From: Psammoneis japonica
Lineage: Eukaryota
Reading direction: 5' to 3'
DNA: 64,000 bases
Assembly (NCBI GenBank): GCA_008632985.1
Contig: QPGO01000064.1
Coordinates: forward strand, 186,001 to 250,000
The position numbers were made by a program, and so were the translations under genes. Position 1 is the first letter of the stretch. The number at the start of each line of letters is the position of its first letter. Shown piece by piece: positions 63,564-64,000 of the stretch. Below the pieces are notes generated by a model. The model did not search any database. It worked only from the letters and a program-made list of their open reading frames with translations, and was not told the DNA's origin.

Positions 63564-64000
63564 TTACACTCCTACAAATATTCGTCGCATCTCTGCGGCG
63601 CTCGCCTTGTAGTGCAAGCCACCACTACCGCATGAACCAGATAGTGTCTTTTCAATTTGCATTCTCCATTCGCTTTGATTCTTGGGTGCTGCAAATTTGC
63701 ATCCCACCCGAACGATTCTCCCCCTTGGAGACGGCGGTGTATTGGTCAAAGCAATGTTTTGAGTCTTGAGATCCCACGGACTAAAGGCGCCATGAAGCGA
63801 CCGTCCAGCAGGAGAGTACAAGACGACTCCACCATTGTGATGGTTTGGACTTAATTCCACGTCCACACCAGACTTTCCAGTCGGTGTAAAGCCCAGCCCG
63901 CGCTGCAAGACGAGCGCCAAGATGGGCTTGTGAATCAATCCCGTCACGGGTTTAATGCCCGCCTCGAGACAGAGTCGTACCCAAATGGCTAGAATAATTT
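63564..64000 (-). CDS. 3' end of an uncharacterised gene (truncated by the window)
   Basis: Open frame running off the window, stop at 63564. Confidence 0.4.
   Translation of the reverse strand, partial: IILAIWVRLCLEAGIKPVTGLIHKPILALVLQRGLGFTPTGKSGVDVELSPNHHNGGVVLYSPAGRSLHGAFSPWDLKTQNIALTNTPPSPRGRIVRVGCKFAAPKNQSEWRMQIEKTLSGSCGSGGLHYKASAAEMRRIFVGV

Overview
Eukaryotic, gene-dense DNA with short GT-AG introns. Gene content (bipartite plastid-targeting presequence, CoDi-like copia elements, diatom-type LRR and Cys-rich secreted proteins) suggests a pennate diatom; this is inference. About 22 host genes are recognisable, including a CAMK-like kinase, DTD2, GET2/CAML-like, tRNA-Ser(CGA), selenocysteine MsrA with a SECIS, OSGEP/Kae1, LRR, SRAP/HMCES, B-lectin, ARM, XRCC4-like, GT47, vWA alpha-kinase, bromodomain-ET and TatD-like. 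Four repeat/TE blocks are interleaved with them (~20.1-24.8, 28.6-33.7, 35.4-45.2 and 48.9-54.7 kb). The standout signal is that TpA dinucleotides inside these blocks have been almost completely converted to TpG/CpA, alongside ordinary CpG decay. This is visible directly in LTR-vs-LTR, TIR-vs-TIR and tandem-duplicate comparisons, and it is polarised by Tyr->Cys/His changes at conserved transposase and retrotransposon motifs. It runs opposite to fungal RIP and looks like a repeat-targeted A:T->G:C hypermutation system; I cannot verify novelty without a literature search. Many host genes carry single-base frameshifts that are probably assembly errors.
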